Notes under the pieces: model-generated
The model's database searches: none
What the model was told of the DNA's origin: nothing
What the model saw: only the letters and a program-made list of their open reading frames with translations
NCBI GenBank assembly: GCA_035388825.1
Contig: DAOOQQ010000013.1
Span: 14,492-78,491, forward strand
DNA length: 64,000 nt
Reading direction: 5' to 3'
From: Candidatus Ozemobacteraceae bacterium
Lineage (GTDB): Bacteria > Muiribacteriota > Ozemobacteria > Ozemobacterales > Ozemobacteraceae
Shown: positions 45,100 through 53,101 of the stretch, piece after piece
How the letters are laid out: every line of letters begins with the position of its first letter
How positions within the stretch are numbered: the first letter of the stretch is position 1
Position numbers and translations under genes: made by a program

Positions 45100-46535
45100 G
45101 CGAGGACCCGCTTCCAGGCGGCGGTTACTTCCCGTGGCAGGCAGGCGGCATCGATCATTTCGAGGCAGGTGGCCGGCAGATGTGCGGGCAGGGCGGATTC
45201 GCGTTCGAGAATGTCGAGCGGAAGCTCCCAGTCGCGCGGGAACACGATGCCGCCCGGGCATTTCCAGGCGGCCAGGGCGCCGCGTTCCCAGACGAGAATG
45301 TGATCCATGAAGGAGATGCGGCCGGCCGTGAGAGTGGCGTCGGGCGCGACGATCGAGATGACGTGGGTGTTGTGGAGGCCGATGTGCAGGTAGGCCCGGG
45401 CTGTGCGAAATGCTGCGGGGAGCTCCTCGAGGGGGGCCGGCAACTCTTCGAGGGATTGGCCGAGCAGCCGGGGGGCGAGGAAGCGGGCAAACGCGTCGCT
45501 GTCGGGAGCATCCAGCTCGAGGCTGCCGCCGATCGTCTGGGGGGTTGCATACAGGATGCGCACGTTCACGGTCAGTGCGGTGCCGCCGAGTTCGAGCAGG
45601 CCGGATAGCCGATCACCCCGGCGACCGACCGTGTCGGCGCCCGCCTCGGGGGTCAGGAAGGCGATGCCGCCGGCGCTGAGGTTGGCGACGACGAGCGGCC
45701 GATCGACTTGGCCGTCGGGAAGGAAGCGCGGGGCCTGGTCGCCGGCCCGGACGATATATCGCTGATACAGACGGCGTTCCTCCCGGACCAGGTTCGAGAG
45801 CATCTGATCGCGCGCATCCGCAGGAAGGGCGGCGCATTCGAGGATCTTGCGACCCATCTGGAGCGCGCGATGTGACGGAATCTTGAAAAAGACGACGGTC
45901 GAGGGGTCGATCCGGCCGAATCCCGTCTTGCCCCGCTCGTCGCGCAGCCGGCCGGTCTGGAATGCCTGCGTGTGCTGGTTCCATGTGATGATATAATCTA
46001 AAAAATAGTATTCCTGCTTGACGATCTCGCCCTCGAGCGACTGCCAGAGGAAGATCTGCGTGCCTTCGTCCCCCTGGAACCAGCGCATCCGGAGGTTGCC
46101 CTCCTGGTTCTGGAGGCGGGAGCCGTCGATCTCGGCGATCGAGGCGCCGAGGATGCGGGGCTTGAGAAAATCGCTCACCAGGTGGGCCGCGGCGGGGGTC
46201 AGGCCCGAGAACGAACAGCCGAAAACGGTTCCGACCCGGTTGCAGACCGTCAGGCGCGTCGAGAACCGCGTGTTGCCGAGCTGGATGCGCGCCTCGACGG
46301 CCTCCCCTGCCCCGGGGAGGGGGGTGTCGGCGGTTTCGGCCGGAATCTCGAACTTGATGCCGCCGTAGCTGAGGTTCAGCACCGTGAAGGGGCCGGCCTC
46401 GTTCAGCCAGACGAGCCCGTCGGAAAGACCGATGCGCTGGAACCGGCGCCGCTCGCTCTGGGCGGGGGCCTGTTCCGGGGCCTGTTCGCCGGCGTCACGG
46501 CCGGTGATCCAGTTCAGCAGTTGCCTGAAATCCAT
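45096..46535 (-). CDS. tandem PilZ-domain protein (putative c-di-GMP receptor), 479 aa
   Basis: Two PilZ signatures: RRRFQR...NLSYGG and RRLYQR...NLSAGG. The internal ATG at 46535 is preceded by a GGGAGAGGA RBS. The ORF-track 5' extension looks non-coding. Confidence 0.75.
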   Translation of the reverse strand: MDFRQLLNWITGRDAGEQAPEQAPAQSERRRFQRIGLSDGLVWLNEAGPFTVLNLSYGGIKFEIPAETADTPLPGAGEAVEARIQLGNTRFSTRLTVCNRVGTVFGCSFSGLTPAAAHLVSDFLKPRILGASIAEIDGSRLQNQEGNLRMRWFQGDEGTQIFLWQSLEGEIVKQEYYFLDYIITWNQHTQAFQTGRLRDERGKTGFGRIDPSTVVFFKIPSHRALQMGRKILECAALPADARDQMLSNLVREERRLYQRYIVRAGDQAPRFLPDGQVDRPLVVANLSAGGIAFLTPEAGADTVGRRGDRLSGLLELGGTALTVNVRILYATPQTIGGSLELDAPDSDAFARFLAPRLLGQSLEELPAPLEELPAAFRTARAYLHIGLHNTHVISIVAPDATLTAGRISFMDHILVWERGALAAWKCPGGIVFPRDWELPLDILERESALPAHLPATCLEMIDAACLPREVTAAWKRVLA

Positions 46536-46558
46536 TCCTCTCCCTCTGTCTGTCGGTC

Positions 46559-46573
46559 CTGATACTATATCAG
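46559..46573. promoter_or_regulatory. palindromic operator candidate CTGATA-cta-TATCAG in the divergent control region
   Basis: Perfect 6-bp arms. It lies 24 nt upstream of the PilZ-operon start and overlaps a possible minus-strand -10 (TATAGT/TAGTAT). Confidence 0.35.
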
Positions 46574-46621
46574 AGTTTGTATTCGCAAGCCTCCCAGGCG
46601 AGGACGCAGTCGGTTCCGCAG

Positions 46622-46641
46622 GGGCGGATCGCGATCCGCCC
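46622..46641. promoter_or_regulatory. 20-bp perfect palindrome GGGCGGATCGCGATCCGCCC
   Basis: Read directly from the sequence. It is central in the 181-nt divergent intergenic region. Confidence 0.4.
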
Positions 46642-46664
46642 TTCAGCGCTGCCTTGCGGTGGGG

Positions 46665-46692
46665 TTGTTTGATCGGGAGAATCTGATACAAT
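46665..46692 (+). promoter_or_regulatory. sigma70-like promoter candidate (TTGTTT - 16 nt - TACAAT) for the AAA+/CheW operon
   Basis: The -10 TACAAT at 46687..46692 overlaps another CTGATA half-site (46683..46688). A GTGAGG RBS precedes the ATG at 46717. Confidence 0.35.
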
Positions 46693-46716
46693 AAGGGCCG
46701 GAAAGTGAGGCACACA

Positions 46717-48330
46717 ATGGATCTGATCAAGGAATTGAGCGACCATATCCGGGCGCGGTATCCGGTGCTGTATCTCGTGACGGGCGAGGAAGCCCGTGCC
46801 ATGGCGGCTCTGAGCGATGTCGCAAAAGCCGTCGGCAAGACCCTCTGGATCTGGTCGGCCTCCGACGGGCTGATCGACCCGAAGGGGGCCGAGGTGAAGG
46901 ATGCCAAAGGCGAGCCACTCGTCAGCCCGCTCAAAGCCCTTCGATACGCGCTCCGCTCGCAGGAAAAGGCGCTGTTCGTGTTCCGCGACCTCCATCTCTT
47001 CTTTGAAGACCCGCTTCCGGCCTATCTGAGCGACCCGCTGCAGGTGCGCCGCCTGTTGCGCGACATCGCGATCGCGTTTCGGACGAGCTACAAGAGCCTC
47101 GTGCTGGTTTCCCCGATCCTGCGCGTGCCGCACGAACTCGAGAAAGAGATCACCGTGTTCGATTTCCCGATTCCCACCCAGAAGGAGATCGCCGGCCTGC
47201 TCGAGAGCGTCATCTCCGAAGTGCAGCGCATCCACGGCGGCAAGGTGCAGATCAGTCTCAACGCCGATGCCCGTGACCGCATCGTGAAATCCGTTTCCGG
47301 GCTCACCCAGTCCGAGGTCGAAAACGTGTTCAACCGGGCGATCGTGAACGACCTGAAGTTCGACGAGTCCGACATCCCGTTCATCCTTTCCGAGAAGAAG
47401 CAGATCATCCGCAAGAGTGGCCTGCTCGAATACTACGAGGTGCAGGAGCAGCTGGCGAACGTCGGCGGGCTGGAGATCCTGAAAGACTGGCTGGTCAAGC
47501 GCGGCGAGGCGTTCACGGCGCGGGCCCGCGAGTTCGGCCTGCCCGAGCCGAAGGGCATCCTGCTGCTGGGCGTTCAGGGCTGCGGCAAGAGCCTGATCTC
47601 GAAATCGATCAGTTCGCTCTGGCGGCTGCCCCTGCTGCGGCTCGACGTGGGCTCGATCTTCGGGAAATACGTCGGCGAGTCCGAGGAAAACCTGCGACGC
47701 GCGATCCGCATGGCGGAAGCGCTTTCCCCGACGATTCTCTGGCTCGACGAGATCGAGAAGGCGTTCGCCGGGGTCTCGGGCGGAAGCGGCGACGGCGGCG
47801 TCAGCAGCCGCATCTTCGGCAGCTTCATCACCTGGCTGCAGGAGAAGACGGTGCCGGTGTTCGTCATCGCGACCTCGAACAATATCCGCGACCTGCCGGC
47901 AGAGCTGCTGCGCAAGGGCCGGTTCGACGAGATTTTCTTCGTCGATCTGCCCACCGACGAGGAGCGGCGCGCCATCTTCACCATCCACCTCGCGAAGCGG
48001 CGGCGCGATCCGGCGAAGTTCGATCTGGCCGAGCTTTCCGCCGTCAGCGAGGGCTTCTCGGGCGCCGAAATCGAGCAGGCCGTCATCAGCGCGATGTTCG
48101 ATGCGTTCCATGCCGGTCGCGACCTCGAGACCTCCGATCTGCGCAAGTCCCTCACCGAAACCGTGCCGCTCGCCGTCACGATGCGCGAGCAGATTGCCGG
48201 CCTGCGCGACTGGGCCGCGACCCGCGCCAAGCGCGCCTCGATCGGAAAACCCCCGGCCGCCGGCGCCTCGGCACGCCCCGGGGCCTCCCACCCGGCCGGC
48301 CTCATCGAACCTGGAGAAAAGAAGCCATGA
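46717..48330 (+). CDS. AAA+ ATPase, Ycf46-like architecture (N-terminal non-ATPase domain + one classical AAA module)
   Basis: The N-terminus IRARYPVLYLVTGEEARAM matches my recollection of Ycf46-type proteins. Walker A GVQGCGKSLI, Walker B ILWLDEIEKAF, and second region of homology ATSNNIRDLPAELLRKGRFDEIF. Confidence 0.85.
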   Translation: MDLIKELSDHIRARYPVLYLVTGEEARAMAALSDVAKAVGKTLWIWSASDGLIDPKGAEVKDAKGEPLVSPLKALRYALRSQEKALFVFRDLHLFFEDPLPAYLSDPLQVRRLLRDIAIAFRTSYKSLVLVSPILRVPHELEKEITVFDFPIPTQKEIAGLLESVISEVQRIHGGKVQISLNADARDRIVKSVSGLTQSEVENVFNRAIVNDLKFDESDIPFILSEKKQIIRKSGLLEYYEVQEQLANVGGLEILKDWLVKRGEAFTARAREFGLPEPKGILLLGVQGCGKSLISKSISSLWRLPLLRLDVGSIFGKYVGESEENLRRAIRMAEALSPTILWLDEIEKAFAGVSGGSGDGGVSSRIFGSFITWLQEKTVPVFVIATSNNIRDLPAELLRKGRFDEIFFVDLPTDEERRAIFTIHLAKRRRDPAKFDLAELSAVSEGFSGAEIEQAVISAMFDAFHAGRDLETSDLRKSLTETVPLAVTMREQIAGLRDWAATRAKRASIGKPPAAGASARPGASHPAGLIEPGEKKP

Positions 48331-48875
48331 GCCCCGTTCTTCCCTTCCGCCGCGACTCGGATATCCTCGAACGGATCAAAAAACAGGGGGGCCGGACCGC
48401 CGAGGACACCCGGTATCTTCAGCTCGTGACGGTGCGGCTCGGCGGAACCTCGTTCGCGGTCGATGCCCTCGCCGTGGCCGAAATCCTGATCGCTCCCCCC
48501 CTGATCGATGTACCGGCCACCGCACCCCTGTTGAGCGGCGTGGTGAATATTCGTGGAAATATTATTCCCGTCTTCGATCCCCGTCCGCGGCTGAATATCG
48601 CCCCGGCTGATCCCGGAACGCCGGCAACCGAAGAGGAACGACGGCTGCTCGTCTTCCGGGCCGCCGAGGGGCTTCTCGGAATGATCGTCGACGACGTGAC
48701 GCTCCGGCTTTCCGACGGACGGGTGCCGCCCAGGCCCCCGGACGGCGTGACCCTCGCCCCCGGCTGCGCACGCATGGCCGAGATCGGCGAAAGCCTGCTT
48801 CCGCTCCTCGAGATCGAGGTCGTCCTGACTCCCGATGAACGGCGGGCGCTTTCCGACGTGAAAAATTCGTTTTGA
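48327..48875 (+). CDS. stand-alone CheW-like domain protein
   Basis: CheW-domain pattern YLQLVTVRLGGTSFAVDALAVAEI...VPATAPLLSGVVNIRGNIIPVFD...GMIVDDV. ATGA overlap with the AAA+ gene. Confidence 0.8.
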   Translation: MSPVLPFRRDSDILERIKKQGGRTAEDTRYLQLVTVRLGGTSFAVDALAVAEILIAPPLIDVPATAPLLSGVVNIRGNIIPVFDPRPRLNIAPADPGTPATEEERRLLVFRAAEGLLGMIVDDVTLRLSDGRVPPRPPDGVTLAPGCARMAEIGESLLPLLEIEVVLTPDERRALSDVKNSF

Positions 48876-48914
48876 TCGAGTTTTTTAATATCACCCTCAA
48901 GAGGAGAATCTGAC

Positions 48915-49073
48915 ATGGACAAGTATCGATGCATGGTCTGCGGGTATGAGTATGATCCGGCCGTCGGTGATCCGGACGGCGGTATCGCTCCCGGCACCCC
49001 GTTCGAGAAGATTCCCGACTCCTGGGTCTGCCCGACCTGCGGCGTCAGCAAGGATCAGTTCGAGAAAATCTGA
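48915..49073 (+). CDS. rubredoxin (52 aa; below the ORF-track length cut-off)
   Basis: My own translation is [52 protein letters not shown]. It has both CxxCG knuckles. GAGGAG RBS at 48901. Confidence 0.9.
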   Translation: MDKYRCMVCGYEYDPAVGDPDGGIAPGTPFEKIPDSWVCPTCGVSKDQFEKI

Positions 49074-49089
49074 GGCGTGCGTGCCTGTG

Positions 49090-49145
49090 CGGGGCTTTCC
49101 GGCCGACGGAAGGCCCCGCCGTCCTTTCCGCCGGCTTCGGAAAGG
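49090..49145 (+). terminator. two tandem GC-rich hairpins after rubredoxin (possible terminator or RNA element)
   Basis: Hairpin 1 spans 49090..49118 (12-bp stem with one G-U pair). Hairpin 2 spans 49123..49145 (CCTTTCCG/CGGAAAGG). No clear U-run follows. Confidence 0.35.
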
Positions 49146-49197
49146 CTTGGAAATCCGGTGTCCGTTTCGCCGAAGGATACAGAAAAGGGAATGAAGC

Positions 49198-51582
49198 GTG
49201 ATTTGCAGAAATATATATAAATATATAAATATAGCATTGTTATCTCTGGCGTTCTCGTTCGGCAACGCGTTCTGTCTGTTCGCCGCCGATGAGGCGGGAT
49301 TGGCCGCATTACGGCACCCGGCGCCGGGCGCCGAGATCCAGATCTGGCGCGATGCCGCCGGGGTGCCGCATGTCGTGGCGAGTTCGACGGCGGGGGCCTA
49401 CTGGGGATTCGGCTACTGCATCGGCCAGGATCGGATGATGCAGCTTGAGCTGCTGCGTCGTTCCTGCCGGGGTACGCTTGCCGAGCTGTTCGGCCAGGCG
49501 TTCCTCGAGGCCGATGCCGCCGCCCGCCGCGACCGCGTTCCGGCCGACGAGCTCAGGGAGGGTCTCGAACGCGCTCCGGCGGCGTTCCGCGAGGCCGTCC
49601 AGGCATTCACGGCCGGTCTGAACCGGGCTGTCGAAAAGATGCGCTCCCGCACGATGCCGGCTGATCCGGCCCTGGCGGCCGCCGGTATCGGGGCGACCCC
49701 GTTCACCGACCTCGACGTGCTCGAGATCTTCGCCGGCACCATGGGCGCCCGCTACAACGACTTCTCCCTCGAACTCGATAACCTCCACCTCCTCTCGGCG
49801 ATGGTGAAGCGGTTCGGGGCGCGAAAAGCCTCACGCATCTTCGAGGATGTCGTGTTCCATGAAGATAGAGGTGTCTATACATCTTTGGGGGGTTCCCCCG
49901 CCATCATCCAGAAGCTGCGCCAGGCACCGCGGCTTCCTTCCTATCTGCCGGGCACGACCCCCTACGAGTCTCCGACCCTCCGCACCCGCAAGCGGAACCA
50001 GCTGCTGAAGACGCTCGGCATTCCCGACAAATCCGGAAGTTACGCCGCCGCCCTTTCCCTGCTCAGGGACGGGAAGCGCGAAGCCCTGCTGTACGGCGGC
50101 CCCCAGATGGGCTACTTCTCGCCGTCAGCCGTGTACGAGATCGGCCTCCACACGCCCGAGTTCGATATGGTCGGCACGACCCCGGCCGGGTACCTCGCGC
50201 TTCTGTTCGGCGCGAACCGGCAGCTCGGCTTCTCGGCTACGGCCGGCGTCGGCAACATCGTCGACATCGTCACGCTGCGTCGCTCGGCCAGCGATCCCGC
50301 GCTCCTGGTTGGTGAGGAGTTTGCCCTGCCGGTCGCCACCCGCACCGAATCGATCCAGGTGAAGGGGCTGAAGAGCCCGGTCGAACGGACGTTCGAGGAC
50401 ACGCCGATCGGCCCCGTGATCGCGGCCGAAGGGCCGGTCGTCTACGTGAAAAACCGCGCCTGGAAGGGCCGTCTGATCGATTCATACGCCGCCTGGTTCG
50501 CCTCGAACCACGCGAAGACGCTTGACGAGTGGCTGACAGCCGGGGACGGCATGGCCATCTCCATCAACTGGCTCGGCGCCGACCGCAACGGCCACATCGC
50601 CTACACCCACGCCGGATGCGGCAAGAGTCGCCGCAGCTTCGGCGACGACCGGCTTCCGACCACCAAGCCGACCGTGTTCCCGTATCCCGACATCCGGCTG
50701 GCCGGTACGGACCCGTCGACCGGCTTCTTCGCGAACTGGAACTGTCCGCCCGTCGATGGATACCGTGACGGCGACATGCAGACCGGCTGGGGCTCCGACC
50801 AGCGCACGAAATTCCTCGCCGAACAGCTCGCGGGGAACCGGAGCCGGTGGTCCGTCGCGTATCTCCAGGAGCTCGACCGGGCGATGGCATTCACCGACCT
50901 GCGCGCCTGGTTCTTCCGGGACCTTCTGTTGGAACGGATCGACGAGGCGGCTCTGACGCCCGCGGCCGCCGAAGCCCTCGTGCAGCTTCGCGACTGGAAC
51001 GGTCAGCGCACCGACGAGAACGGCGACGGCCTGCTCGACCACCCTGGCGCCGGCTTGTTCGACACGTTCTGGAACAACCTGTTCGGGGCCGTCTTCGGCG
51101 GCACCCTGGATGAGTTTGCCTGGATGGTCGCCTCCGACCCGACCTGGACCCAGACCTCCCTGCTCACGCGGGTTCTGAAGGGGACGGCCGGATACGATTA
51201 CCTCGGTGGCAAACCCCCGGCCCAGCTCATCACGGCGAGCTTCAACGAGGCGGTTGCGGGCCTGGCATCCGCGGGAAAGCCGCTGCCGCTGCTGCCCTGC
51301 CCGGCCATGGAGTTCGCCGGCGTGAACCATGTCGGGGCTCCGACCCTCGCGCCGCCGGCCTCGTTCACCCCCTTCATGAACCGCGGCAGCGACGTGCAGA
51401 TCATGCGGCTGACCCCCGAAGGCATCAGCATCCTCGGCGTCATGCCTCCCGGCAACGCCGCCTGGGGAAAGCACGCGGCCGATCAGATACCCGCGTTCAA
51501 GGCCTTCGAATGGCGCGAACGGCCCCTCACCATCGAGCATCTCCGCCGCCTCGCCACGCGGCTTCAGACCGTCAAACCCTGA
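49198..51582 (+). CDS. penicillin acylase family (Ntn-hydrolase) protein, exported
   Basis: The block GGPQMGYFSPSAVYEIGLH...GTTPAGYLALLFGANRQLGFSATAG is collinear with the penicillin G/AHL acylase beta-subunit N-terminal region. GTG start with an AAGGGA RBS and a signal-like N-terminus. Confidence 0.85.
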   Translation: MICRNIYKYINIALLSLAFSFGNAFCLFAADEAGLAALRHPAPGAEIQIWRDAAGVPHVVASSTAGAYWGFGYCIGQDRMMQLELLRRSCRGTLAELFGQAFLEADAAARRDRVPADELREGLERAPAAFREAVQAFTAGLNRAVEKMRSRTMPADPALAAAGIGATPFTDLDVLEIFAGTMGARYNDFSLELDNLHLLSAMVKRFGARKASRIFEDVVFHEDRGVYTSLGGSPAIIQKLRQAPRLPSYLPGTTPYESPTLRTRKRNQLLKTLGIPDKSGSYAAALSLLRDGKREALLYGGPQMGYFSPSAVYEIGLHTPEFDMVGTTPAGYLALLFGANRQLGFSATAGVGNIVDIVTLRRSASDPALLVGEEFALPVATRTESIQVKGLKSPVERTFEDTPIGPVIAAEGPVVYVKNRAWKGRLIDSYAAWFASNHAKTLDEWLTAGDGMAISINWLGADRNGHIAYTHAGCGKSRRSFGDDRLPTTKPTVFPYPDIRLAGTDPSTGFFANWNCPPVDGYRDGDMQTGWGSDQRTKFLAEQLAGNRSRWSVAYLQELDRAMAFTDLRAWFFRDLLLERIDEAALTPAAAEALVQLRDWNGQRTDENGDGLLDHPGAGLFDTFWNNLFGAVFGGTLDEFAWMVASDPTWTQTSLLTRVLKGTAGYDYLGGKPPAQLITASFNEAVAGLASAGKPLPLLPCPAMEFAGVNHVGAPTLAPPASFTPFMNRGSDVQIMRLTPEGISILGVMPPGNAAWGKHAADQIPAFKAFEWRERPLTIEHLRRLATRLQTVKP

Positions 51583-51599
51583 CCTCTCCGAAACAACAA

Positions 51600-51634
51600 A
51601 TCCCCCGCCCGGTCCGGGCGGGGGATTTTCGTTT
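51600..51634 (+). terminator. rho-independent terminator
   Basis: ATCCCCCGCCC ... GGGCGGGGGAT hairpin (11 bp or more) followed by TTTTCGTTT. Confidence 0.85.
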
Positions 51635-51795
51635 CGGGGTGACGCCCTATATGATATATCAGAGAGTATACATTATCGGCCTGCCGAAAGAGCGTGGCAT
51701 TCCGGCGGAATTCGGGTAGAATTTCCATCAGATCAAATGAAGCGCCGGCTGCTTCCGGCCCGGGAGTTTCGCATCCCGGAAGAAAGTGAGAGAGC

Positions 51796-53070
51796 ATGAA
51801 GAGCCTGAAAAACCTGTTCGGCATCCGGAGAATCCTGCTGGCTTTGCTGACAGCCGTCGTTCTGGCCTTGTCGGCCTTCGCGCAGTCCGACCTCCCGAAG
51901 GCGGGCACCCTGCCGCAAGGCATGGAAAGCTTCGATGACGTCTTCCCACGACTCATGGCCGAGTGGGGGATTCCCGGCGGAGCCGTTGTGGTGGCGAAGG
52001 ACGGCAGGCTGGTGCTGGCGCGCGGGTATGGCTGGGCCGACCGCGAGCGGCGGATTCCCGTCGATCCGTTCTCGCACGTTTTCCGGCTGGCCAGCCTGTC
52101 CAAGGCGATCACGGCCGTGGCCATCCTGAACCTCGTCGAAACGGGAACGCTGAAGCTCGATGCTCTCGTCATCCCCCTGGTGTCGTTTCTGAACGGATCA
52201 GACCTCGAAAATGCGGATCCCCGGCTCGGGACGATCACGGTCCGTCACCTTCTGCATCATGCCGGCGGCTGGGATGTCTCGAAAACGTTCGATCCCATGT
52301 TCAGCGGCCGGATGATCGCCGGGGAGCTGAAGACCGCGTGCCCGCCGTCGCTCCAGGATACGATCCGATATATGGTGAGGCAGCCTCTCGCGTTTTCCCC
52401 CGGAAGCGCGTATGCGTATTCCAACTTCGGATACTGCCTTCTCGGGCGGGTGATCGAAGCCGTGACGGGACAATCCTACGAGACGTTCGTTCAGCAGAAG
52501 ATCCTGCGGCCGGCCGGGCTCACCGGGTTCTCTCCCGGCAAAACCCTGACCCGGCGGCCGAAGGAAGTGGCCTATTTCCCCGTTCCCTCGAATCCCCGGG
52601 GCGACTCGGTCTTCGATTCCCGCCCGGGCAAGGTGGAGTGGCCCTACGGCGGATGGAGCCTGGAGAATATGGATGCCCACGGCGGCTGGACCGCGACCGC
52701 CGTCGACATGCTCCGCTTCGTCCTCGCGCTTGACGGCCGCCTGCCTGGGGTGCGCCTCCTGAGCCCCGCTTCATACCGGACGATGCTGGCCCGGCCGCCT
52801 GCGCCGCTGTTCGCCGGAGAGCCGTTCTGGTATGCGATGGGGCTCCTGGTGCGGCCGGTGCAGAACGACGTGAACTGGTGGCACCTCGGCTCGCTCGACG
52901 GCACGACCAGCATCATGGTGCGCACGCACCACGGCCTGGCCTGGGTCGGGTTGTTCAACGCCCGCCCCGATAGGTTCGACGAGTTCAACGGCGCCCTCGA
53001 CGAGGCGTTCTGGAAAGCGGTGGAAGGCGTTACGAGCTGGCCCTCCGGCGATCTCTTCCAGCGCCGATGA
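51796..53070 (+). CDS. serine hydrolase, beta-lactamase (class C/PBP4*-like) family, exported
   Basis: Signal peptide, SxxK motif (LASLSKAIT) and YxN motif (YAYSNFGY). Confidence 0.85.
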   Translation: MKSLKNLFGIRRILLALLTAVVLALSAFAQSDLPKAGTLPQGMESFDDVFPRLMAEWGIPGGAVVVAKDGRLVLARGYGWADRERRIPVDPFSHVFRLASLSKAITAVAILNLVETGTLKLDALVIPLVSFLNGSDLENADPRLGTITVRHLLHHAGGWDVSKTFDPMFSGRMIAGELKTACPPSLQDTIRYMVRQPLAFSPGSAYAYSNFGYCLLGRVIEAVTGQSYETFVQQKILRPAGLTGFSPGKTLTRRPKEVAYFPVPSNPRGDSVFDSRPGKVEWPYGGWSLENMDAHGGWTATAVDMLRFVLALDGRLPGVRLLSPASYRTMLARPPAPLFAGEPFWYAMGLLVRPVQNDVNWWHLGSLDGTTSIMVRTHHGLAWVGLFNARPDRFDEFNGALDEAFWKAVEGVTSWPSGDLFQRR

Positions 53071-53101
53071 CCCGGATCTTTCCGGAAATGGACCCGAGCC
53101 G

